Shown: positions 46,302-59,522 of the stretch, piece by piece
Layout of the letters: every line of letters begins with the position of its first letter
Position numbering within the stretch: the stretch's first letter is position 1
Assembly: GCF_009914755.1 (NCBI RefSeq)
Contig: NC_060939.1
Direction: 5' to 3' (one strand)
Length of the DNA stretch: 64,000 nt
DNA from: the human T2T-CHM13v2.0 reference genome, Homo sapiens
Position numbers and translations under genes: made by a program
The notes under the pieces: generated by a model
What the model was told of the DNA's origin: nothing
What the model saw: the letters and a program-made list of their open reading frames with translations, nothing else
The model's database searches: none

Positions 46302-49300
46302 TTTTGTTACAAAACCCCAAATAATTTTAATCTCAATTTGCAACATAATCCACATTTTACATATCTATAAGCAATAGAAGTTTTAGTATACAAATGCCTT
46401 AGAAAGAATTCAATTTGGTCCAATAATTTTATAGCCAGGATAAAGTCATATTTATAATTCATAATTTTCTGTCAAGGTTTTTAATAAAAATCAGTAATGT
46501 TAAATGGAACACTATCATTTTATAGAGGAATAGTATGAAATTACATTGAGAAATGAGAATAGTCATTAAACATTAAGATTTTATTACAACCCAGGCATTA
46601 TATATTTCTTTACACTTAAGGAATAGATATGAAACAATCTTGAAGTAAAAAATAGAAGGCAACTTGCTTCAAGTTTGTACCAAGTCAATCAAGCAGAAAC
46701 TGAAGAACCTTGTTTTAAGATGAGAGTCATTTATACTTGGCAAGCGTTTTCTTCCAATGTAAAAATAAAGTCAATGTGCCATTATCTTGACACTTATAAA
46801 AATGTTTATAAAAAGCATTTAGGCCATTGATTCTCACAGTTGGATGAATATTGGAATCACCTAGATTAAAAAAAAATACTAATCCCTATACAACATCCCC
46901 AAAATTCAGATTCAATTAGTATAAATTAGGCCCTGGGCATATAGGCTGTTTTAAAACTCCTCGGGTGAGTCTAACGTGCACCAGTTTGAAAACCACTAGC
47001 TTAGAGACCTGTTCCATCATCATAGAAGTCAGTCTTTAGCTGAATGATTCTATATGCCCTGATTTCAGTGGGTAATGTTGTTATTTTAAGCATCTGATAG
47101 GTGTATCTCCCTTGATTAAAAAATAAATACCTTATGGAAGAGATTATATGTTTTATTTATCATTGTCTCCGCATATCTGGAATAATGAAAGGCACATAGC
47201 AGTTGCTAAATAAATATCTTTTGAATGAATATATGATTGCCTTATACTTCTTTTACATCCTCATCTTCTAATAGATTATGAAAATTAGAATTCAAAATAT
47301 ATATATTGAACAAATGAATGACTGAAGCAGTTGGGGATAATATTTAAGGCAAAACCAAATCTGATAAAATATATACATATTTTAAAAACACATACATATA
47401 TATATAAATAGATCAAAAGTGGAAAAAGAATATATAGAAGAGTGCAACATTTGGCAGCTGAGAATTATTTCATTGAGTTTTCAAATATTCTTCACATTCT
47501 TATACTTAGAAACAAAGAAGTAACCCCAAACAACTAATTCATTAGCTAATATCTCAGAACTTGCACATGTGCAGATAAATTTTTTTTAAAAAACAGAATT
47601 ACAGTTTAATCCCTAACACAGCTCAGTTTTCAAAATTCAAGTAAATAAAATTTTAGCACACATCATGATAGCCTTACTGGATAGCTGTGTTAAAAACAAA
47701 AAGTATATGTTATGTGCTCTCAATTGAGATCTAGTTAGTTTCCTAGGAGTCTCACATTGATAAACATCTATTTTGGCACTACCTTACATAATGTGTTTAT
47801 TTAGAAATACCTTATTAATGACAGACTTCCTTTTGAGTAGCTACATTCTCAGATATGGCTTCATTTATCAAAGTTCCACAAGTATTACATACTTTTTAAT
47901 TCAGCTAGTATCTTAGACTACAGAACTTTGGTTTTCTTAAAATCAGCATTGGTTGCTTGATTGTAGGTTTGTCACCAAAAAGTGCTGCTTCACTCTCCAT
48001 GGTTGGAAATCTTTTCTGATATATCAAAGGATATTCCTTCTGAAACTATTTTAGTTTTTTTCTTTTCTCCTTTAGAGGTAAAGTCCTGTTTTTAACAATA
48101 TTTTCTAAAAGTTCTGCAATTGCAGCTTGAGAGGTAGAAATTTTTTGCTCATCAAACTCCTGAGCACTAATCTGCTTACCGTATGAGTAAGTTGGCAAAG
48201 GAGCAAATAGTCCATCTCCAGGACTTTCAATATGTCCCCTTTTTAAGTAGTCAAGATGTTTTTCCACTGCAGTCTGCAAGTAAGAGGGTACTTGAAGAAT
48301 TTCCTGATCATGATCCATTAAGAAAGAAACTAATCTTCCAGCAAGAAGCTCATCAAGGTCCACTTCTTCAGCACAGCATAACACACATTGAGAAACGGTA
48401 TGTATCAACAGTGATCTCGCACCCATTGCATCATGAAGTTTGGGCATATCAACATTTTGACTCATTCGGGAAATCATACGCATTAAAAGTTGAAGCTTTC
48501 TATGATTTGGTGGGGGAAATAACAAACAACATAACTGTAGAGCATCGATGGCAACCCTCTCTAAATGAGGTTGCAGCAAACTTTGTGTGCCAGTCAACAC
48601 AGAAGAAGCTGGAAGTAAAGAGTCTTCTGAAAGTTCTATTGTACTTTTGCAGAGTCTTTTATTGATTGTGGCACTAGACTCTCCAAGTTCACTTTCCATA
48701 GCTGTTTGCACACTTGTGCTGCCTTGTCCAACATTTGGTTTCATGGTAATTTCAGCCACTGGTGTATTGATAATAACTATTCCTTCTTGTACTACTTGTT
48801 AAAAGCAAACTCTGAGACCTTCAAAGCTGTTCTGACTTGCATTTCCCATTACACAACTCCTCTTGGTCTTGAACAATCAAAGTAGAGGTTCTCTTAAAAC
48901 CAGCACTGAATGGCTTTTGAATATTTTCCTCTGAATGAAGATTCAACAGGAATTCCTGTTTGGGCTTAGACTCTAAAAACAGTTTATTATTTTGTCCTTC
49001 TATGTTCGGAAAAGATTGATGGAAGACACTGGATGCCTCTTTACTTGAATTCCCTGACACATCTACAATTCCTTCCAAAGAATAGCACCTTGGTTTGCTG
49101 TTAGAGGATAGATCACGCATACTACTTAACCCTATTAAATTATGACAACTTCCTCCCATTATGTCATTAGCACTCACTCTTCTGTTTCTTAAATTAACTA
49201 GCTGCATTTTCTTAGCACATCTTTCTTGAAATCCTGGATTGCTTATCTGTAGTCTCTCAGTAGAATCTGATTCTTCTTTATTTTTTTTTCTCTACGAAGC

Positions 49301-50500
49301 AGACTGAGAAGGCGGCACTCAGTTGATTTGAAGGAACTCAAATTGTTTAAGTGAAGGAATTTTGAAGACTGGGGATCATCTTGGATTTTATGTATCCCAC
49401 TGGATCTATCTGAAACTGTTATGTAGCCACAAACAACTACCACGAAATGAAACAAAAATGAAGATGCAACCAAAATGTTCACAAGTAATTCGTAATATTC
49501 AAAAGTAAGTAGAGGTTCAGGGAGATCTAGAAAATAATCTGTGATTGTTCTGAATACATGTCATTCAAATCCAACATAAGTTGGATTATTCATATCATTG
49601 CTTCTTGGCCAATTTGCTAGGCACTTCATGGCAGATAATACCCAGTGAGGGAGGTCATCTGATTTGTTTTGTAGTATAACTACTCCATGTTTACTTGTAT
49701 TGGCCCCATTATATATTGGGGAATTACTTGTTTTGGATTTATGACTTCTTCTAGGGATGGCACACCTAAAATAGTTTGCAGGTAGATCAGAATAAAATAT
49801 CTCCAAACTTCTTCAACGTCTTCCTGGCTTAGTTCTCTATCATCAACTGCATTTTCTTGATCTTCATTTATTATTTCATGTTTTATTTTCTCGGCATTTT
49901 CCTGAGATAAATGTAATCCATGCTTTTCAGCAGTTCTACGAGATAAGTTTTGTAATTTAAAAATACTATCTTTATCTTTGGAAAAGTTCTCTATGCTGTT
50001 TTTTCTCAATTCTGGATGCCTTCGTGGTAGAGTTTTAAGTGGCAACGTTGCAGGAAATCTGAAGAGCTGGTTGTTATCATCAACATTTTCTGATCCCCAC
50101 CTCCCTTTGATATCTTCAATTATACGATTCTTAAGAAATTTCCTCAACAGTTGTTGCCTTGTAACTTCAGGACCAAAATTGCTATTATTTCTTAATAGGT
50201 CATAAAGCCAATCCCCTGCTTCTCCTGCTGTGAAACAATTGCCATATTTTTTAAAGTGTTGTCTGTGTTTTCTTAGAGGCATTCCTGCTCGAAAAGATGT
50301 GGTAACTTCATTCCACAGCTTGGTGGCCCGATAAGGCCCGGGAGGCACAACCCGACTCTCCACAGGTCTGTCAGCGTCCGGTGGCATCCATGGCAGTGTA
50401 GGTGACACTCAAGACCCAGCAGCCCGGGCAGCGGCGAGTCTCGGCACAACCATTGGCCCTGCCGCCAACTTGTATAGCATAGAGGGCTGCGTGGATTGGC
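46302..50500 (-). pseudogene. DEPDC1P1: Processed pseudogene of DEPDC1 (DEP domain containing 1, long isoform); CDS remnant ~50363-47908
   Basis: Four minus-strand ORFs are collinear with DEPDC1 (VPPGPYRATKLWNEV..., [48 protein letters not shown]...KPKFCSLR). No introns; ATG->GTG at 50363; stops at 49561, 48821 and 48046; frameshifts near 49705 and 49285; 5' and 3' UTRs, ATTAAA and short poly(A); TSD ctcaYaattt (46292-46301 and 50501-50510). The P1 designation is from memory. Confidence 0.96.
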
Positions 50501-50513
50501 CTCACAATTTCTA

Positions 50514-50885
<372 letters not shown>

Positions 50886-53419
50886 CTACAACATAAAGGG
50901 GGTGAAGTAAAGGGACCTATATGGTGGTAAGGTTTCTACATTCCATATTGAATAGTTAAATGTTGTTCTACACAGACTGTGAAAAAATAAGTATGAATAT
51001 TGTAATCTCTAGAGCAATCACCAAAAAGCATACAAAGAGAATATAAAAACAGAAAAGTTAAAATAGAATACTAAAAAAATTCAAGCATCCCAAAGATAGG
51101 AAAGGGGAAACAGGTACAAAAAAGAAAGAACAAACAGTAAACAAATAACAAAAAACTGTCCATCTAAGTACAAACAAATCAATAATTAAATGCAAAGGGC
51201 TGAAATATGCCAACTAATAGACATCGATTATTGGAATGAATTTAAAAATAAGACTCAACAATATGCTTTCTCTATGAAATCCACTTTAAGTTCAACAAAA
51301 TACATAGGTCAAAAGTAAATGATGGCCAAAGATATGTCATGAAAACATTAATGGAATCAAAGCTACAGTAGTTCTATTAACATCAGATATATTGTCACCA
51401 GATACAGTAGACTAGAACAAGGGAAATTCCAAGGATTAAGAGAGATAATATGTAATGATAAAAGGTTCAATTCACCAAAAAGAAAAAACAATCCCAAATG
51501 TGTATGCACCTAACAACAGAGCTTCAAATTACATGAAGCAAAAAATACCTGGAATACAGTTGGGCAGTTTTTAAATAAAATTAAACATATACTTACGCAT
51601 GACACAGCAATCTCATTCATAGATACTTATTCTAGGGAAATGAAAACTTAGTTTTCCCAAATGCCTGTTCACGAATGTTCATAGCCACTTTATTTGTGAT
51701 AATCCCAAACTAGAACCTCCCAAATATCCTTCACAGTGTGAATGAATAAACAAACGGTGGTGCATCCACACAATGACATACTTTTCAGCAATAAAAAGGA
51801 ATTAACTATTGATTTCACACAACAAGGATAAATCTCAAATCTGCTATGCTGAGTGAAGGAAGCCAGTCCAAACATAATACATAGCATATGATTCCATTTT
51901 TATGACACCCTGAACATAGCAAAACTATAGGGGCAGAGAGCAGATTAGTGGTTGCCAGGGGTTAGTTAGGAGTAAAGGAAGGGCTCACTACAAACGGGCA
52001 GCTTGGGGGAGTTTTGCCAGGTGATGAAATTGTTCTGCACACTGATTGTGATAGTGGTTAAATAAAATCTATATGTGTGTTAAACTCAGAACTATACAAC
52101 AAAAAGTCAATTTTGCGGTATGCCAATTCAAAAAGTAAAATTAAAAATGTAACTATATTAGAAAAGACAGGTATGAAATTAATAAGCTAAGCATCCACCT
52201 TAAGAAACTAGAAAAAAAGCAAGCTAAACACAAAAGCAGAACAATGAAAACAACGAAGACCAGAACAGAAAACAGAAAAATAAAATATCAAATGGTGGCT
52301 CTTTGGAAATATTAACAAAACTGACAAACCCTTAGTCAGATTACCAATAATTCAAGAGAGTACAGAAATCACAAAAATCATGAATGAAAGAGGGGACACT
52401 GCTATCAAAACTACAGACACCAAAAGTATTAATTACATGGGAATATGAACTACTTTATGTAAAAAAGTCAGAAAACTCATATTAAGTGGACAAATTCTTA
52501 GAAATATACAAATTACCAAAGATTATACAAAAAGAAAGTAGAAAATCTGAATAAATCAATAACAAGCAAAGGAATTAAGCTGGTAACAATACTCTTCCCA
52601 CAAAGTAAAGTCCACCCTGAAATGGTGTCACTGGTGTATACTACCAAGGACTTAAAGAAAGTATAATATTAATCCTTCACAAATGCTTTCATAAAATACT
52701 GGAGGAGGGAACACTGCTCAACTTATTCTATGAAGTTAGCTTTAGTCTGATATCAAAGCCAGACAAAGAAAAGAAACTATAGGCCAATATCCTTCATGAA
52801 CACAGACATAAATGGTCTTAACAAAATATGAGCAAACCAAATTCAGCAACATATTTAAAAAGATACACCATGACCAATTTGAATTTATTCCAGTAATAGA
52901 AGGTTGGTTTATCATTAGAAAATAATGATATTATGTTAACAGAATAAATGAAAACGCCAAATAATAATCTCACTAGATACAGAACATACAGGAAAGCCTT
53001 TGACAAAATCTACCATCTATTCATGATAAAAAATTCTCAACAGATTAAGAATATAAAAGGACTCCCGCAACCTGACAAAGGGCATCTTTGAAAACACACA
53101 GCCTATATCAGACTTGACGGTGCAAGTGTGCATGCTCTGCACCTACGATCAAGAGCAAGGCAAGGATTCCCTGCGCTTGCCCCTCATGGTCCACATTGTA
53201 CCAGAGGCTCTGGCCAATGAAATAAGAACAACAAATTAAAGGCATACATATTGGAAAGAAATAAATCTCAACTGACTTTACTCACAGATGAGTTTTTTAG
53301 AAAATTATAAAAAATGTACAGAAAAATTACTAGAACTAACACTTGAGTTTAACAAGGTCATAGAAGGGTAGATACTGAAAGAGGAAGAAGAATGTTTCTG
53401 TTCAGCTGCTTATGTTCTG

Positions 53420-54600
<1,181 letters not shown>

Positions 54601-54670
54601 GAAAAAAAATGATGAGTTGTGGGGCATACACAGACACTAAATCTGACGATTCTCCATGCACTGCATACAC

Positions 54671-54842
54671 CAGGGATTCCCAAAGTTTGCTGCACATTAG
54701 AATTACTTAGGTAGCTTGGTAAAATCCCAATACACAGATTAAACCCTATTCAATCAGAATGGCTGGGACTGACAGCCATACACTAGGACATTTGAAAGCC
54801 CCCCAGCTGATTTCAATGTGCAGCAAAGTTGGGGAACTGCTG
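54671..54842. mobile_element. MER5A1
   Basis: Inverted ends cagggattcccaaagtttgctgcacatt...aatgtgcagcaaagttggggaactgctg. Confidence 0.85.
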
Positions 54843-55436
54843 ACATTTACTTTTTGAAATAAAAGCATATAAAAACAAACTCTTAAAAAGAAAAATATAT
54901 TCCTTTTATGTATATTAAACATATATGAAGTTCAAATAGCACCTACAATATACTTTATAAGCCCAAATATATCTAGACGTGCTATCTTAAATTCTAACTG
55001 TGGTTAATATGCACAACCATTTTTACCTGTTAATTTGCAATGTATTAAAGAAGTTTGTATATAATGTCAAGTAATGCTACAGGAACACTTTGTTTCAATA
55101 TTAACAATGTTGAAAGTGGTGTTTTTCTGTACTATTTTCAATTTTTAGCTGATTTTACTGGTTACTCGATACTACCTGGCTAATATAATTACAGATATGT
55201 ATATTTTAATATGTAGATCTAAACCTATCTATGTATCTGTATATATGAATATAAATTCTATAAACATTTAATGAACGATTATTATTTAGCATGTACTCCA
55301 TTTAAATGACAAAATGCAGGAAACTGAAGATGGAGTTTTGTTTATATAAAACATTTACATATTGACATTTGCTAAGATGAGTGATATGTCCTTTGACAGA
55401 ATTCATTATCTGGTGAAGCAACATCTTCCACACTCA

Positions 55437-55790
55437 GTCTAGTTAGTTCAGGCTGCTATAACAAAAATACCATTGAATATGTAGCTTATCGACAATTTCT
55501 CACAGTTCTGGAGGGAAGAAGTCCAACATCAAGGCACCTGCAGATTCCATGTCTGATAAGGGCCTGCTACCCATTTATAGATGGTGCCTTCTCCCCATCC
55601 TCACATGGTAGAAGGGGCAATGGAATGTCTGGGGTCCCCGTTATGAGGGCACTAATCTCATTCATGAGGGATACACCCTAATGACCTAATCACTTCCCAA
55701 AGGCATCACCTTCTAATATCATCACCTTGGGAGTTAGGATTTCAACATATGAATTTGGGGGAGGGGATACAAACATGTAATCTGTAATAC
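55437..55790 (-). mobile_element. MLT1A/MLT1A0 solo LTR
   Basis: ggctgctataacaaaa, tctcacagttctggag, atgacctaatcac, ttcaacatatgaatttgggg. Confidence 0.85.
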
Positions 55791-57251
55791 CAGTTTAATC
55801 CCAGCTTCCACTATTAACCATCTATATAAATTTAGGGGACTTTGTTAATCTTTGTGTTTCAGTTTTTCATCTGAAATGTGAGAACAGCAAACTGGATGCT
55901 GGAGTTTTTGATGGGTTTAAATATATGAAATACACACACACATTTGCAGTCGACCAACAGATGCTTATGTAAATGCTCCACTCCTCAAAACATTTTAACA
56001 TGCCATACAAATAGTGAATGAGATGGTGGGAGGCTGGGAGAGGCAATTTATAATCGACTCACAATCTGTTGACCAGCACCTTTAAAATTGACAACAAAAA
56101 GAAATAATTATCAGCAAATGCACTGTTTAATTGTCAAGAAGAACACTTTATCAGTCATTGAAATGAAGCTAATGGCACAGTGGGTAAAAAGTAAAAACAA
56201 GGCTATCTGAAGACATGCCCAGAGCAGCCACACAGCCATGCACTATGAGAGAATAGTCTGAGAGGCTTCTTTTCTTCCCCAAATAAAGTCCTCCCAGTTG
56301 AGCTCCATGGAAATGCATTCTGGAGTTGACAGCTGCTCAGTGGTTTCCTGGGCCATACAAAAAGCCATGGGACAGCAGCAAATTCTGACGAGCAAGGTGC
56401 TCTCTGCAGCCCAGGAACAGGCTGAAGCAGGCTGCCAGCTGAGTCAGTCAGCCCAGGGACAGCTCCATAACCAGCCCTGCGATCACCCTGTGCCTTGCAC
56501 CTAGGGGCCTCCTGCCGGCTCTTCATGACGCTTTAGACTGCTTTAAAATGTCTTATCACCAAAACATTTGAACACCTTGGAAAATACTGTCCTCTATGGA
56601 GGAGAAAAAGAGAACTTTGAAAGACCAGCCCAGAAGGAAAGTGAATGACTATCTGCCTGCCATGAAACATTCTGGCTTGAACTTGCCACTCTGAAATAAA
56701 GCTCCAGCTCCAGCACACTCTGTTAATGAGGACATGTTAGTATCAGGCACATAAACACAGTCAGGTGCATCTCCAGAGGGGGATCTCAGATACTTACTGC
56801 TAGTTGCTGATTACAGCAACATCAGTTTCTGTGCCACATCCAGAGATTTTTCTGCACACTTTTTATCAAGGCTTCAAACATGATCCCAGTTGTCTGGGAA
56901 ATACTATCAGCCACTTAAGTTTCCCCTTAATTTAGGAAAGGAAGATGTATTTTCACCGTAACAGCAAAAGCTTATAACACTTGTCTTTTAGAATTAAGAG
57001 TCAACAACCCAGGGGGATCCACAGACCACCCAAGCGGATTGTGACGTTGTCCTGGCCTTCTCGTGGGGGTCAGGCCATCTCATCAGGCAAGGACGACCCA
57101 ATGCCTTCTCGGTGGAACAGTTTTGATTGAAAAGATAGTTAAAAAAAAAAAAAAGTGATACTGCTGTAAAAAGAGACACAACATCACATCCAAACACATT
57201 ATCCTCTCCTCTGACCTATGCATGCACGTGTGTACGCTCACATGTCCATGC

Positions 57252-57255
<4 letters not shown>

Positions 57256-57283
<28 letters not shown>

Positions 57284-57284
57284 C
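57256..57284. repeat. (AC)n microsatellite
   Basis: Direct reading. Confidence 0.95.
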
Positions 57285-57469
57285 CCTCCCCTCTTCAACA
57301 CTTACCCATTCCAAAGTTTTATGGAGTTTCACTTTGACTACGCTAATCATCTTTATTCACTTTCTGAAAGACTCAGCTGCTCAAGAAAATAAAATGCCAA
57401 AATATATGGACCCAAGGCAGTTTTAAGACCAACACTGTAGATTCATTTAAAAATAACAAAAGCCACATA

Positions 57470-57770
57470 TTCATTCATTCAACAAATAATTATGTAATGA
57501 GGATTATTTTAGGTGCTCAGCACACATCAGTGGATGAAAACCTCTGCCTTTGTGGAGTTTATACTCCAATAAGAACAGAGAAAAAAATAAATAAATTAAA
57601 CAATAGGTTATGAGTCTGTAAGTGCTGTGACTACAACAGAAGACCTGGCTTGCTGGGCAGGACAGGGTGTCTGAAGAGTGGGTTGTAAAATTGAAGAGAC
57701 TCATTGAGATGACATTTGTGCAAAAGCTTGAAGATCAACTGTGCAGATATCTAGGAGGAAAATACTCTTT
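57470..57770 (-). mobile_element. L2 3' end
   Basis: tcattcattcaacaaataattat...gagatgacatttgtgcaaa. Confidence 0.7.
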
Positions 57771-59035
57771 GAAGCTGAATTTTTTAAGTAACAAAACGTG
57801 ATCTGTTTTCCCCACAGAGGATACTACTCTCCTAACCCCGTTCTACTAAATGGGCTTGTAGTTTAAGGGGAAAAGATTTGCTCCTAGACGCCTGAAGGAA
57901 TGAGTGTAGACATGGGCATGGCAGCAGGGGCAGGAGGCGAGAAAGGGAAGAATGTGAGTGTATCCCTCAGGACAGGTTCTGAATCAGCTGAACCTGGGGC
58001 TGGAAAAGCCAAGCCACATCCAGGGGAGAGCCTTGATTTCTCAAATTCATGTTTGATTTCCAGCAGCAGTGCATTCAAAGCTTAATTTCAGTCCAGAAGT
58101 CACCAAATTAATATCTGAGGTTAAAACGCACATACACATACACACACAGACACAGAACTGATGAACATTTCCAGGGAAAGACACACAGGGAAGAGTACAA
58201 GGACAGAGTGCCACTGCCACGCAGCCACCTGCACCTGTCCACACACTGCAGAGGCGCCCCATCATTGTGCAGGGAGAGGGGAGGTGCATTCTGGGCCTAT
58301 GCTTCGGGCTGCCCCTGACAGCTGCCCCAGGCCAGGTCCCCTTACCGCCTGGTACCGCTCCCAGTAGGGCCTGGCAAATGGCCTGGCTGTGTCTTAAGCT
58401 TATTCCACATAATACTTCCAGTGTGGGACTTCCAGATAGCGACACATGTACTTCCTAACCACTCGGGCTTTGCGGGAATGCTCCAAAGGGCCAAGCCCTT
58501 GGTGTGACTTTCTGGTTGGGTCTTCTTGCTCAGTGTATTTCCTGGATGGTGGCTGCCAGAATCTGTGGGGAGAGTGGGAGCAAGGCACAGGGGCAGCCTG
58601 CAGCCTGTGGTGTGACTGGAGATCTGACAGCACATGGCCCCTCCCGACTCTCTCCTTCCTTGGTAAGAAGTGGCAGCTGCCCTGTCCTAATAAGGTTCAC
58701 CTTTCCTTGCATTCAGCCTCAGGTATGTGGGGACAGGGGCATCCCAATTCAGTGGAGACCTGCCTTCCTCTACTAAAGCTACAACCCAATTAAAGGCAAA
58801 GACCCCAAGACTTAGGAATACTGAGGAAAACAATGCATGCCTGTGTGTCAACAGCTTTGCAGTGTACTGTGACTGCCAGGGTCTGAAGGAACCGGGGGTC
58901 CTTACTCCTCAGGGGTGTGAGCTGAACTGTTCATGTTAGTTTGTCCCTGAAAGTGGGCATTTGCTAGTAAGTGAAATTGGGCTTTAAACGCATACTAGGG
59001 AGGCTTGCTATCTAATAGGTTCCTAACATTAATCC

Positions 59036-59122
59036 CCAGCATGGCACATGTATACATATGTAACTAACCTGCACATTGTGCACCTGTACCCTAAAACTTA
59101 AAGTATAATAATAATTAAAAAA
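59036..59122 (+). mobile_element. Tiny young L1PA (PA2/3-like) 3' end
   Basis: ccagcatggcacatgtatacatatgtaactaacctgcacattgtgcac...aaaacttaaagtataataat. Confidence 0.9.
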
Positions 59123-59189
59123 TGCTAAAAAGTAATCTAACTCTAAAAAAAAAAAATGGAGCATTTTGTTACAAGGCCACCTGCCCCCT

Positions 59190-59522
59190 AGCTCAGTGCA
59201 TTTGGACAGCTGTAATGTGATACCATAAACTGGGTCGCTCATAAACAGGCATTCATTTCTCATGGTTCTGGAGGCTGGGGAGTCCCAGATCAGGTGCTGG
59301 CAGAGTAAGTCTGAACAGGGCCCTGCTCCTGGTTCATACACGGTGACTTCTCCCTGCATCCTCACATGACAGCCTTTTGGCAAGGGGTCTCTCTCAGGCC
59401 TCTCTTACAAGGGCGCTAATCTCATTCCACATGACCTTATCACCTCCCTAAGGGCTCACTTCCCAATCCCATCACCTTGGGGGTTAGGTTGAGAGGGACA
59501 TAAATATTCAGTCTATAGTACC
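59190..59522 (-). mobile_element. MLT1A-like LTR
   Basis: tttctcatggttctggaggctggggagtcc, atcaccttgggggttagg. Confidence 0.8.

Noticed and set aside
48183-48665. 160-aa plus-strand ORF
   Set aside because: Antisense shadow of the DEPDC1 coding remnant.
46302-50500. Functional DEPDC1 gene or full-length retrogene
   Set aside because: Start codon lost, at least three premature stops and two frameshifts.
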